The notes under the pieces: model-generated
Database searches by the model: none
The model's input: the letters and a program-made list of their open reading frames with translations, nothing else
Told to the model about the DNA's origin: nothing
Assembly (NCBI GenBank): GCA_002684935.1
Contig: NYWC01000113.1
Span: 1 to 36,954, forward strand
Length of the DNA stretch: 36,954 nucleotides
Source: Gammaproteobacteria bacterium
GTDB taxonomy: Bacteria; Pseudomonadota; Gammaproteobacteria; Pseudomonadales; Pseudohongiellaceae
Direction: 5' to 3'
Made by a program: the position numbers and the translations under genes
Part shown: in pieces, positions 15,371-23,970 of the stretch
Position numbering within the stretch: the first letter of the stretch is position 1
Layout of the letters: the number at the start of each line of letters is the position of its first letter

Positions 15371-16189
15371 ATGGAAGGTAAGATGGAACAGGAAGATATT
15401 GTCGATGAGGCTGAAATAGAGCTTGAAGACGTAGAAACCGAAGGTCAGGAAACTGGCTCCGAATCATCACCGGATACTGAGGAGGCTCAGGAAAAACAAA
15501 CCAAACCTGTCTTTGACGATAGGCAGCAAGAGGCGTTTGATAAAGCTATAGCTGAGAAAGTTTTCAAGCTCAGGGAAAAAGAGCGAGAAGCTGAAGAGCT
15601 AAAACAGCGTTTATCAAGCCTTGAGCAGCAAATGCCAAAGCAGGAAAGGCCAAACGTGCCGAAGGAGCCGGACCCGTATGCCCTGAGTGATCAGGAGTAT
15701 CAGCAACAGCTCCGAATGCGCGATGAAGCCATAGCTAGACAGGCTGCATTTGATGCACAGCAGCGCTTCCAACAACAGGAAGCACAGCGTTTGCAACAAG
15801 AGCAGGCAATGAAACAGCAGGAGGCTTTGAACGAGAAGGTATCTACCTACTCGCAGCGAGCTGTCCAGCTTGGCATTACTAATGAAGAGTTACAGGCAGC
15901 GGGTAATTCCGTTGCTGCGTTTGGCATCTCGGATGATGTAGTCAACTATATTTTAGAGGACGATCTGGGACCAGCTATAACAAAGTACCTCAGTCAGAAC
16001 GTAACCGAGCTAGACACCATCCGGTCTATGAGTCCGGCGCAAGCTGCGGTGAGGATAGCAACTCATGTACGAGAAAAGGCTGCTGCATTGAAACCTAAAG
16101 TAAATGCCGCTCCTGATCCGGTTAATCAGCCAGCAAAAGCTGGTGTTGCGCCTAAAGCGCGAGGACCGAAAGGAGCAATGTTTGAATGA
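15371..16189 (+). CDS. Scaffolding protein
   Basis: Acidic N-terminus, Gln/Glu-rich coiled-coil middle and basic C-terminus. Immediately upstream of coat. The start is ATG 15371 or 15383; the track's 15305 is TTG and lies inside the promoter. Confidence 0.6.
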   Translation: MEGKMEQEDIVDEAEIELEDVETEGQETGSESSPDTEEAQEKQTKPVFDDRQQEAFDKAIAEKVFKLREKEREAEELKQRLSSLEQQMPKQERPNVPKEPDPYALSDQEYQQQLRMRDEAIARQAAFDAQQRFQQQEAQRLQQEQAMKQQEALNEKVSTYSQRAVQLGITNEELQAAGNSVAAFGISDDVVNYILEDDLGPAITKYLSQNVTELDTIRSMSPAQAAVRIATHVREKAAALKPKVNAAPDPVNQPAKAGVAPKARGPKGAMFE

Positions 16190-16205
16190 ATGAGGTGATC
16201 CGAAA

Positions 16206-17477
16206 ATGGCTAATAATCTTAATAGCAATATTACCCGGAAAGTGGCCCGTGTCTTTTTAGAGGCATTCGAGTCCAGCCGGGTTGTAACAAAGACCGTTGA
16301 CACTCAACTCCTGAGTGGCAAATTCAACCCATCAAGTGGTAGCAATGTAGACTTCAAGCGTCCACATGACTACAACTCCATCCGTACTTCTGGCGGTAAT
16401 ATTTCATCCGCTACAAAGTCAGACATCATTGCTGGTAAAGCAACTGGTACTGTACAGAACTACTTCACCGTAGCCACTGAGTGGGGAAACGTCGAAGAGG
16501 CTCTGGAACTCGACCAGTTGGAGCAAATCCTTAACCCAATGGCACGACGAATCGTAACCGATTTGGAGATTGACCTTGCGAGCTTTATGCTCAAGAACGC
16601 ATCTTTAAAGTATGGTGCTCACGGTCAGGCTGTTGATGCTTGGGGAGATGTAGCTGGTGCTGGTGCACTGATGGATTCTATCGGCGTACCTGCTGCTGCA
16701 GAACGCTACTACCTGATGAATCCTTTTACTACTAGCGCACTTGCTAACATCCAGCAAGGTCTGAACGCATCAGATCAGTTGGTTCGTACCGCTTGGGAGA
16801 ATGCACAAATCTCTCAGAACTTTGGCGGTCTGCGAGCGCTGACATCTAACGCTCTGTCCAGCTTTACTGCTGGCACTGGCGCTGACCGTGCGGGTACTCT
16901 GTCTGCGGCTCCTGACGCAACTTATGTCACAGCTAAAGACACTATGACTCAGACTATCGCCGTTACTGCTCTCCAAGCAAATATGGTAGTTAAGGCTGGT
17001 GATATGATCACAATCGCTGATGTGAACCGTCTGAACCTAGACACTCGCACAGCTATGATTGACGCTGCTGGCGCTAACGTGCCGTGGACAGGCGTTGTAA
17101 CTGCTGACGTTACTCTTAACGGTAGTGGTGCTGGCAACCTTGTTGTTGCTGGTCCTGCGATCTATGAGGCCAATGGTCAGTACAACACTGTAGACGCTGC
17201 ACCTGCTAACGGTGCTGTAGTTACCGTTCTTAGTGCTTCAGCTACTCTGTACCAACCAAACTTGTTCTTCACTAAGCAAGCATTTGGAATGGGTACTGTG
17301 AAACTGCCTAAGCTCTACTCTACTGACACTATTGCTACTACCGAAGACGGTATGAGCATTCGAGTTAGTAAGTACGCAGATGGTGATGCCAACACCCAGA
17401 AGATTCGTTTTGACTTGTTGCCTGCATACGCAACATTCAATCCGTTTATGGCTGGTCAAGGCTTCGGCGTAGCATAA
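16206..17477 (+). CDS. Major capsid (coat) protein, P22-coat-like size and position
   Basis: 423 aa with a strong GAGGTGA SD. Follows the scaffold and is followed by a strong terminator. Confidence 0.75.
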   Translation: MANNLNSNITRKVARVFLEAFESSRVVTKTVDTQLLSGKFNPSSGSNVDFKRPHDYNSIRTSGGNISSATKSDIIAGKATGTVQNYFTVATEWGNVEEALELDQLEQILNPMARRIVTDLEIDLASFMLKNASLKYGAHGQAVDAWGDVAGAGALMDSIGVPAAAERYYLMNPFTTSALANIQQGLNASDQLVRTAWENAQISQNFGGLRALTSNALSSFTAGTGADRAGTLSAAPDATYVTAKDTMTQTIAVTALQANMVVKAGDMITIADVNRLNLDTRTAMIDAAGANVPWTGVVTADVTLNGSGAGNLVVAGPAIYEANGQYNTVDAAPANGAVVTVLSASATLYQPNLFFTKQAFGMGTVKLPKLYSTDTIATTEDGMSIRVSKYADGDANTQKIRFDLLPAYATFNPFMAGQGFGVA

Positions 17478-17492
17478 TCCCTTGAGACGTTA

Positions 17493-17527
17493 TGGGAGCT
17501 GTTTAGTATTCGGCTCCCAATTTTTTT
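17493..17527 (+). terminator. Rho-independent terminator after the coat gene
   Basis: TGGGAGC (17493-17499), a 13-nt loop, GCTCCCA (17513-17519), then A followed by T7. Confidence 0.85.
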
Positions 17528-17803
17528 ATGGCTAAACCGAGAAAAGGCAAAGCTAAAGTTAAGGTCACCAAAAGCGGTAAGCGAGTCTCCTACGGGCAGG
17601 CTGGCGAAGCCAAAGGAGGTGGTCCGAGAGTCAAGCCGGGTACAAGTAAGGGTGATTCCTATTGTGCTCGGTCTCTTGGCATCAAGAAAAGATTGCCAAA
17701 AGAAAAGCAAAACGATCCCAATACTCCTAACAACTTGAGCCGCAAGCGCTGGAAATGCAAGGGCGCTAAGTCGATGAAAAGCAAGGGTGCTAAGTATGAG
17801 TGA
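17528..17803 (+). CDS. Very basic small protein (91 aa, Lys/Arg-rich), ends ...KGAKYE
   Basis: ORF starts right after the terminator T-tract. Composition read from MAKPRKGKAKVKVTKSGKR.... Confidence 0.6.
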   Translation: MAKPRKGKAKVKVTKSGKRVSYGQAGEAKGGGPRVKPGTSKGDSYCARSLGIKKRLPKEKQNDPNTPNNLSRKRWKCKGAKSMKSKGAKYE

Positions 17804-17972
17804 CGGTCTATATTCCAATATCCACAAGAAGCGGAAAAGGATAAAGCGGCAAAAAGCTCAGGGCAGAACACCTGAGCGCATGAGATCGCCGGGAAGCGCT
17901 GGAGCGCCTACTGCTGGCGCATTCCGACAGAGTGCGCGTACTGCTAAGAAGAAAAAACCAACATTTGAATAG
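17796..17972 (+). CDS. Basic small protein (58 aa), ends ...KKKKPTFE
   Basis: The ATG overlaps the upstream stop (ATGAGTGA). Contains the run NIHKKRKRIKRQKAQ. Confidence 0.55.
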   Translation: MSDGLYSNIHKKRKRIKRQKAQGRTPERMRSPGSAGAPTAGAFRQSARTAKKKKPTFE

Positions 17973-18036
17973 GAGGCAAAAATGCCAAACAAAAAAGGCA
18001 AAAAGAAAAAACCATACTAAGCGCGGAGAGTGACAA

Positions 18037-18225
18037 ATGGCTAAAGGTGTATCGCATTATACAAGGAGCGGCAAACTACACTCTGGTGAAATGCACAAGA
18101 TGGAAGATGGGACGTTGCACACTGGCAAATCGCATACAAAATCTAGCGTTCAACTATTTCACTTAGGCGAATTGTCCAAGTCTGTGCAAAAACGTATAAA
18201 GCAAAAAGGAATGAATTTCGAATAA
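18037..18225 (+). CDS. Basic, His-rich small protein (62 aa), ends ...KGMNFE
   Basis: GGAGAG lies 6 nt upstream of the ATG. Confidence 0.6.
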   Translation: MAKGVSHYTRSGKLHSGEMHKMEDGTLHTGKSHTKSSVQLFHLGELSKSVQKRIKQKGMNFE

Positions 18226-18707
18226 TGGCTACTGTGGCGCAGGTTGCAAAGGCATCCTTACAAAGAATTCTAGTGCAGGCCAGTGAGGCACCGCTGCAGC
18301 CTGATGAGTATAGTGATTTCATATTTTCTATGAATAACTACATGACAGAGCTAGATGCTCAGGGTATCCAGTTAGGGTACACAGAGGTATCTGACTTAGG
18401 TGATGACGTAACGATTCCTACAGGCGCCCTGAGAGGCTTGATTGCTAATATGGCTATAGAGGTTGCGCCTGACTATAACGGCGTGATCTCTCAAGGTCTG
18501 GTGAAGGCTGCGCGGGATGGTTTTAACACAATGCGCCTGTTAGGGCAGACATTAGGTAAGAGCAAGAATCCTGCAACACTGCCGATTGGCTCAGGCAACG
18601 AAGATACGCTGTTTGGCTTTCCCGGACATTTTTACCCAGAGTCTGAAGAAGAAATATTGGCCGAATCTACTGGCGCGATAGGATTGGAGCTGAATACAAA
18701 TGGTTGA
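18225..18707 (+). CDS. P22 gp4-like head-completion/tail-adaptor protein
   Basis: 160 aa. AIEVAPDY and LPIGSGNE...HFYPE resemble, from memory, the P22 gp4 APDY / PTGSGN / YFPGE motifs. The position matches the P22 gene order. Confidence 0.55.
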   Translation: MATVAQVAKASLQRILVQASEAPLQPDEYSDFIFSMNNYMTELDAQGIQLGYTEVSDLGDDVTIPTGALRGLIANMAIEVAPDYNGVISQGLVKAARDGFNTMRLLGQTLGKSKNPATLPIGSGNEDTLFGFPGHFYPESEEEILAESTGAIGLELNTNG

Positions 18708-19545
18708 TAGATCGCAGGGCAGGAAAAAATCAGATTTTGTTGCGAAGACTTCGGTAGACGCTGGCGCGTTTATGGATTATTTCGTAAACGGCACAAACTA
18801 CAAGATCACATACGCTAACTTTGTGGGAGGTCTCGGTGTTACAGGATCTATCACTCAAACTGGTGCGGCTACTGGGATTGCAGTCTTAGACATAGATGGA
18901 TCAGTAAACAAGATTAGAAATATCGAGAGCGGTGCTGGGATATTGGCTAGCGTATCTTCCCAAAACGGTGTAGAGCTAAAGCATAACTTTTCCGCTGATT
19001 CTACTGGTAGACCTCTGCTCCTAAACACTACTGACGCTACTCCTGATATAGCCAGTATTGTTGGTGGTGATGGGATAACCGCTACTTCAACAAGTAACTA
19101 CGTCACGTTATCAGCAGATGCTCTGCCGTATGCTCAGGTGCATATTCAGGGTAACTCTAACGCAACGACCATTGGAACGGCAGGAACGCCAGTTAAAGCC
19201 GCAGGCACGTTTACGGTGGGTATACAGTCAGGTTTTACCGGAGATACTACTGGCAAGATTGTCTACAACGGAACAACGACTAGAGTAGTTGCTGTCCACG
19301 TTACCGCTACTATTAAGCCTGCGTCTGCAAACAATCAAGACTTGTTTATACAGATTGCCAAGAATGGCACGGTAGAGGCTGGATCTAAAATCGTTAGAGA
19401 AGTAGACACGGCGCAAACAGCAAACTGCTCTACGTTTTTCAATGTGTCCTTAGCTCAAAATGATTACGTTGAATTGTATGTTGGTAACGCGACCAGCACA
19501 GATAATGTGGTAGTTACTGATGCAATTCTTGGATTAGTTAATTAA
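18700..19545 (+). CDS. Structural protein, fibre-like (Gly/Thr/Ser-rich with a beta-rich C-terminal domain)
   Basis: 281-aa ORF between the gp4-like and gp10-like genes, with an 8-nt overlap upstream. Confidence 0.5.
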   Translation: MVDRSQGRKKSDFVAKTSVDAGAFMDYFVNGTNYKITYANFVGGLGVTGSITQTGAATGIAVLDIDGSVNKIRNIESGAGILASVSSQNGVELKHNFSADSTGRPLLLNTTDATPDIASIVGGDGITATSTSNYVTLSADALPYAQVHIQGNSNATTIGTAGTPVKAAGTFTVGIQSGFTGDTTGKIVYNGTTTRVVAVHVTATIKPASANNQDLFIQIAKNGTVEAGSKIVREVDTAQTANCSTFFNVSLAQNDYVELYVGNATSTDNVVVTDAILGLVN

Positions 19546-20972
19546 TGCCAAAAGTCATCCTGCCAATAGCTAACGGGTACTATGAGAGCGATTCTCTGCC
19601 GATATCAGCGCAGGAATGCACTAACTTATACCCAAACATAGCTCAGGCTCCTGCGTTGAATCAGGAGACTCTCTTCGGCACTCCCGGACTTACTCAGGTT
19701 GCTAGCGCAAGTGAATTAGATAACTGTCGTGGCGCACATGAGATGAATGGTGTGCCTTACTTTCTGATCGGCAGTCACCTGTACAGTATGGCAGAGGACT
19801 ACACTCTTACGACAAGAAGCAATGTGGCGATAGGTGGTAGTGGCAGGGTGTCAATGGCTGACAACGGAACGCAGTTATTACTGTTGGTTCCGGGCGGTGC
19901 TGGATACATCTACAATCACGTTGCTAATACTTTTGCCCAGATTACTGATTCTGATTTCACGGCTAACGGTAATCCGCAGCAGGTTGTGTTTATTGACGGG
20001 TTTTTCTGCCTCACTACTGACACCAAGAAGTTTATTGTAAGCGCACTGAATGATGGTTTGGCGTATAACGCGCTAGACTTCGGCACTGCAGAGTCGGACC
20101 CAGATGAAATTGTTGCTCCGATAGTCTTCAAAAACCAGCTATTTATCGGCGGTTCGCAGACGATAGAAGCATTTCAGAACATTGGCGGCGCTGACTTTCC
20201 GTTTCAGCGCACTGGTTTGTTCCTAAGTAAAGGTATATCGAGCCCGTTTAGCATTCAGTCTATCCAAGATACGTTTGTGTTTGTTGGTGCTGGTGCGAAT
20301 GAGTCGCCTGCGATCTGGGCGCTAAATGGTAACAGTGTAGCCAAGATATCTACCACTGCGATAGACAAAGAGCTAAGTGCTCTTACTGAGGCCCAGATAC
20401 TTGATATATATAGCTGGGCATACGCAGAAAAAGGTGCGTATTTTGTTGGCTTTGCGCTACCCGGCACTACGTTGGTTTATGACACGATCAGCAAGCGATG
20501 GCATGAAAGGAAGTCATTTGTTGATGGCGCTCTAGGTGCGTATCGGGTAAACGCTTTAGTCCGTGCATACAATCAATTGTGGGCTGGCGATCTGGTAGAT
20601 GGAAGGGTTGGCCTGTTAGGCCAGAATGTGTACACAGAATATAACACTGAGATTCGCAGAACTATCGTAACTCAGCCGTTTCAAAGCAATATGCAGTCGT
20701 TTGTCCTGCCAGAGCTAGAGCTTACAGTTGAAAGCGGTGTAGGTAATTCGTCTGCTGTGGACCCGAAAGTGGGATTAGAGCGGTCTGTAGATGGTAAAAT
20801 ATGGTCAGATGCTAGATACCGCAGCATTGGTAAGGTTGGCGAGTACAACCGTAGGGTGATATGGAATCGCAACGGCAGGGCTTCGCGGTTTGAGCTGTTT
20901 AGATTTACGATGAGTGAGCCTGTAAAGCCAGTATTTATACAGATGACTGCTGACATTGTGGCAACGCAATGA
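19545..20972 (+). CDS. P22 gp10-like tail hub protein
   Basis: 475 aa (P22 gp10 is about 472 aa). GGSGRVSMADNG and the C-terminal DGKIWSD...RRVIWNRNGRASRF parallel gp10 GSGRVSMA and DGINYG...KRVLWKRVGRIRR, as recalled. Confidence 0.65.
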   Translation: MPKVILPIANGYYESDSLPISAQECTNLYPNIAQAPALNQETLFGTPGLTQVASASELDNCRGAHEMNGVPYFLIGSHLYSMAEDYTLTTRSNVAIGGSGRVSMADNGTQLLLLVPGGAGYIYNHVANTFAQITDSDFTANGNPQQVVFIDGFFCLTTDTKKFIVSALNDGLAYNALDFGTAESDPDEIVAPIVFKNQLFIGGSQTIEAFQNIGGADFPFQRTGLFLSKGISSPFSIQSIQDTFVFVGAGANESPAIWALNGNSVAKISTTAIDKELSALTEAQILDIYSWAYAEKGAYFVGFALPGTTLVYDTISKRWHERKSFVDGALGAYRVNALVRAYNQLWAGDLVDGRVGLLGQNVYTEYNTEIRRTIVTQPFQSNMQSFVLPELELTVESGVGNSSAVDPKVGLERSVDGKIWSDARYRSIGKVGEYNRRVIWNRNGRASRFELFRFTMSEPVKPVFIQMTADIVATQ

Positions 20973-21220
20973 GCTATAAGCTAAACGCGGCTCAGCCGAT
21001 AGTTGATGCTAATGGCACGATGGAGCAGCCATTCAGGCAGTTTACGCAGGAAGCGGCTTTATCTATACCGATAACAGGTGCAGGAAGCCCAGAGGGTGTA
21101 GTTGAAGCGGTACAGTTTAGTTTATATCTCGACACCACTGGAAGCGCGGGATCAATTCAATATAGAAAGATGCAGCCAGAGATCGGTGGTGACCGAAGCA
21201 AGGGTTGGATAGCGGTTTAG
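20969..21220 (+). CDS. Hypothetical structural-module protein (83 aa)
   Basis: ORF coupled to the hub gene by a 4-nt overlap. Confidence 0.5.
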   Translation: MSYKLNAAQPIVDANGTMEQPFRQFTQEAALSIPITGAGSPEGVVEAVQFSLYLDTTGSAGSIQYRKMQPEIGGDRSKGWIAV

Positions 21221-21229
21221 GAGAATATT

Positions 21230-21847
21230 ATGGCAATACCATTTTTGGCACCATTAGTTGCGGCAGGAAAGGGCATAGCTGGCGCTCTTGGAGGCGCTAA
21301 GGGTTTAGCTGCCATAGGCGGCACGGCTCTTGGGTATATGGGCCAAAGAGATGCCAATAAGATAGGCGAGGAAGCTGCCGCTCAATCTGCTCAGCAGCGA
21401 GCAGAGCAAATGGCATTGATCAGAGAGTTTGGTCAAAAGGCGTTAGAGCCATTAGCTCCAGCATATCAGCGTTCTCAGGATATTCGGCAAGAAAGCGCAA
21501 ACAGGGCTCTGGCTTTAGCTGGTTCAATGTTTAGACCGCAGCTAGAGCAATTCCGGGAAGGTAACTATATGGCTCAGCAGCGAATCGCTGAGGCGGTTCC
21601 TTTTCGTATGTCAGCTCTTCTTGGAACTGGTTCATTGGGATATATGCCGCAGGCTCAGAATGTCGGCGGTCAGTTAGATTACGGTGTGCTTGATCCGCTT
21701 ATGAATCCAGAGCCTATGCAGTTTACTCCTGTTCCGGGCGGTCAGGGACAAGCCACACAACAAGCCACACAACAAGCAGCCGCGCCAGTTGATCAAATGC
21801 AACAAGCAATGCTGACATTCCAAAGCGATGGGCAGATACCGTTATGA
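21230..21847 (+). CDS. Putative ejection/internal protein (Gly/Ala-rich hydrophobic N-terminus)
   Basis: FLAPLVAAGKGIAGALGGAKGLAAIGGTALGY is a glycine-zipper-like segment. The position is analogous to the P22 ejection genes. Confidence 0.45.
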   Translation: MAIPFLAPLVAAGKGIAGALGGAKGLAAIGGTALGYMGQRDANKIGEEAAAQSAQQRAEQMALIREFGQKALEPLAPAYQRSQDIRQESANRALALAGSMFRPQLEQFREGNYMAQQRIAEAVPFRMSALLGTGSLGYMPQAQNVGGQLDYGVLDPLMNPEPMQFTPVPGGQGQATQQATQQAAAPVDQMQQAMLTFQSDGQIPL

Positions 21848-23970
21848 TGAGAGGCAAGCGAGAAGATACAGAGGGCGTAAGAGAAGCCGAGTTTATTGTT
21901 CTCGATTTCATTAAGTCTACGCCAAATGCTACGGTCCCAGAGATCGCTAGGCTTATTGATGATGTCGGCGCTGATCTTAATTACATTGCAAATGTGATGG
22001 GTGTTGACCCAGCAGTTGCGAGACAGGCTTATGATCAGGTTATAACTGATGCGCCTCCTATCCAGCAGGTTATTGAGAAGCAGGTCCAATCTGAACCTGT
22101 GAACACTCCCACTCGTCCTCTTGATGAGGTGATAGACACTTCTCGCCCAGCATTTACACAAGAAGATATAAACAGGGCCGTAGGTGAGCTATCAAGCGGT
22201 GCGAAGACTCCACAGCAGGTTGCTCAAGAATATGGCGTTAGCGTTGATTACGTTAATAACAATCTCGGCAGAATACAGAATCAGGTGTTTGATGATTTGC
22301 TTTCTGGAGCAACAACTGCTCAACAGGTAGCTGACCAGTATGGTTTAAGTCTTGATTTTGTAAACAGCGCGTTTGATCGCATAAGAGCAGAAAGAGTGCC
22401 GCCTCCTGTTACACAGCCGCCTGTAACGCCTCCTCCTCCTGTAACTCCTCCTCCGGTTGTTTCGCAGCCTCCGGTTGTTGCGCAACCTCCCGCAGTTATT
22501 ACAGTACCTGATGCCAACAATCCCAACCTTTTAAGAAACGCACAAACAGGCGGTATGGCTGGCGCACAGCTACCCGTAGGTTTAGCAGCAGCAGAACAAG
22601 CTGCGTTAGGCGGCGCAGGAAGGGCTACAGGGCTTTTGGGAACTACCGCAGGCGCAGCAGGCAGAGAGCTAACTGCTGGCACACTGGGCGGCATAGGAGC
22701 GCTCAGAGGCGGTATAGGCCAAGCTAGACAAGACATAATGCAGGGTACTCAAACTGGTATAGGCGCTCTCCAGCAAGCTCTGGGAGGCGCTAGAGCTGAC
22801 ATTGAGTCAGGATTCACTGGAGGCCGTGGAGACATACAGCAGGCTCTCTCTCAGTCCAGAGGAGATATTCAATCCGGTTTTGGAAGAGCTGAGGCAATGT
22901 TTGATCCATACGCTCAGGCTGGCGGTCAGGCGCTACAACAGCAACTGGCACTGTCTGGAGCGTTAGGCCCAGAAGCATTCCAGCAGGCTTATCAAGAAAG
23001 CCCACAAATGCAATTCCTACGAGAGCAGGGTGAGCAGGCAGCTCTTCGCACAGCAGCCGCTAGAGGCGGCGTGGGTGGCGGCAATGTTATGAAAGAGCTT
23101 GCCCGGTACGGTACAGGACTTGCTTCTCAAGACTTACAAAATCAGATAGGTAATCTTCAAGCGTTATCTGCTCAAGGGCTTGGCGCTAGAGGCAGCGCGG
23201 CTAATATTGCGACAGGTGGCGCTCAGCAGCTTGCGGGACTAGCCTCTGGTGCTGGTCAGAATCTGGCTAATTTATCTACTGGTCAAGCTCAGCAGCTTGC
23301 TAATCTGGGTGTGCTTGGCGGGACCACAGAAATGCAGGCAGCTACACAACAAGGTACGCAGTTGGCTAACTTAGCGCAGCAGTTGGGTGTCAGCGAAGCT
23401 GATTTAAGAACCGGACTAGGTGCAGGCCGATCCAATATTGCGTTAGGCATAGGTACTCGCGCAGCCGACCTTGCTGCTCAGACAGGGCTTAACGTAGCAG
23501 GCATGAGGACTCGCGCAGGCGAACAGTTAGATAGAATGATTGGCACAACATCATCTCAGATAGCTGATCTACAGCAGGATCAGGGCGCTCGCTCGGCTTC
23601 TATGATTGCGGCCCAGACGAACTACATGAACCAGTTACAGCAGTCAGCAGCAGCAGGTGATGCGGCAGCACAGACTGAATTAGCGCAGTTGCAGGCTCAA
23701 GGCTATAGCAACATAGGTTCTCAGCTTGCTGGCACTCCGCAAGCGCAGACGTTTGTCGGTCAGAGCCCTTTGGCTGGTGCATTAGGCGGTGCTGTAGTTG
23801 GTACTCAAATAGCTGAAATGTTTCCAAGCGAGCAGGCAGCTCAAAGCACTTTTAGAATAGGCTCTGGGTTTGCTCCGGGCTATTTTTCTAACCCAATGAA
23901 TAGCAGCGTAATGACTGCGCCTCAAGTTTCTCCAATGGCAAATATGTCTATGATTCAAGGATTAGCGTAA
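21844..23970 (+). CDS. Putative ejection/internal virion protein with HTH-like repeats, a Pro-rich linker and a Gly/Ala/Gln-rich body
   Basis: 708 aa with an ATGA overlap upstream. Contains PPVTQPPVTPPPPVTPPPVVSQPPVVAQPP. Confidence 0.5.
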   Translation: MMRGKREDTEGVREAEFIVLDFIKSTPNATVPEIARLIDDVGADLNYIANVMGVDPAVARQAYDQVITDAPPIQQVIEKQVQSEPVNTPTRPLDEVIDTSRPAFTQEDINRAVGELSSGAKTPQQVAQEYGVSVDYVNNNLGRIQNQVFDDLLSGATTAQQVADQYGLSLDFVNSAFDRIRAERVPPPVTQPPVTPPPPVTPPPVVSQPPVVAQPPAVITVPDANNPNLLRNAQTGGMAGAQLPVGLAAAEQAALGGAGRATGLLGTTAGAAGRELTAGTLGGIGALRGGIGQARQDIMQGTQTGIGALQQALGGARADIESGFTGGRGDIQQALSQSRGDIQSGFGRAEAMFDPYAQAGGQALQQQLALSGALGPEAFQQAYQESPQMQFLREQGEQAALRTAAARGGVGGGNVMKELARYGTGLASQDLQNQIGNLQALSAQGLGARGSAANIATGGAQQLAGLASGAGQNLANLSTGQAQQLANLGVLGGTTEMQAATQQGTQLANLAQQLGVSEADLRTGLGAGRSNIALGIGTRAADLAAQTGLNVAGMRTRAGEQLDRMIGTTSSQIADLQQDQGARSASMIAAQTNYMNQLQQSAAAGDAAAQTELAQLQAQGYSNIGSQLAGTPQAQTFVGQSPLAGALGGAVVGTQIAEMFPSEQAAQSTFRIGSGFAPGYFSNPMNSSVMTAPQVSPMANMSMIQGLA

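Noticed and set aside
21844-23970. The 708-aa Gly/Ala/Gln-rich protein as a tape-measure protein (siphovirus or myovirus tail)
   Set aside because: No tail tube, sheath, chaperone-frameshift or baseplate genes are present. The flanking gp4-like and gp10-like genes indicate a short P22-type tail, so an ejection or internal protein is the better reading.
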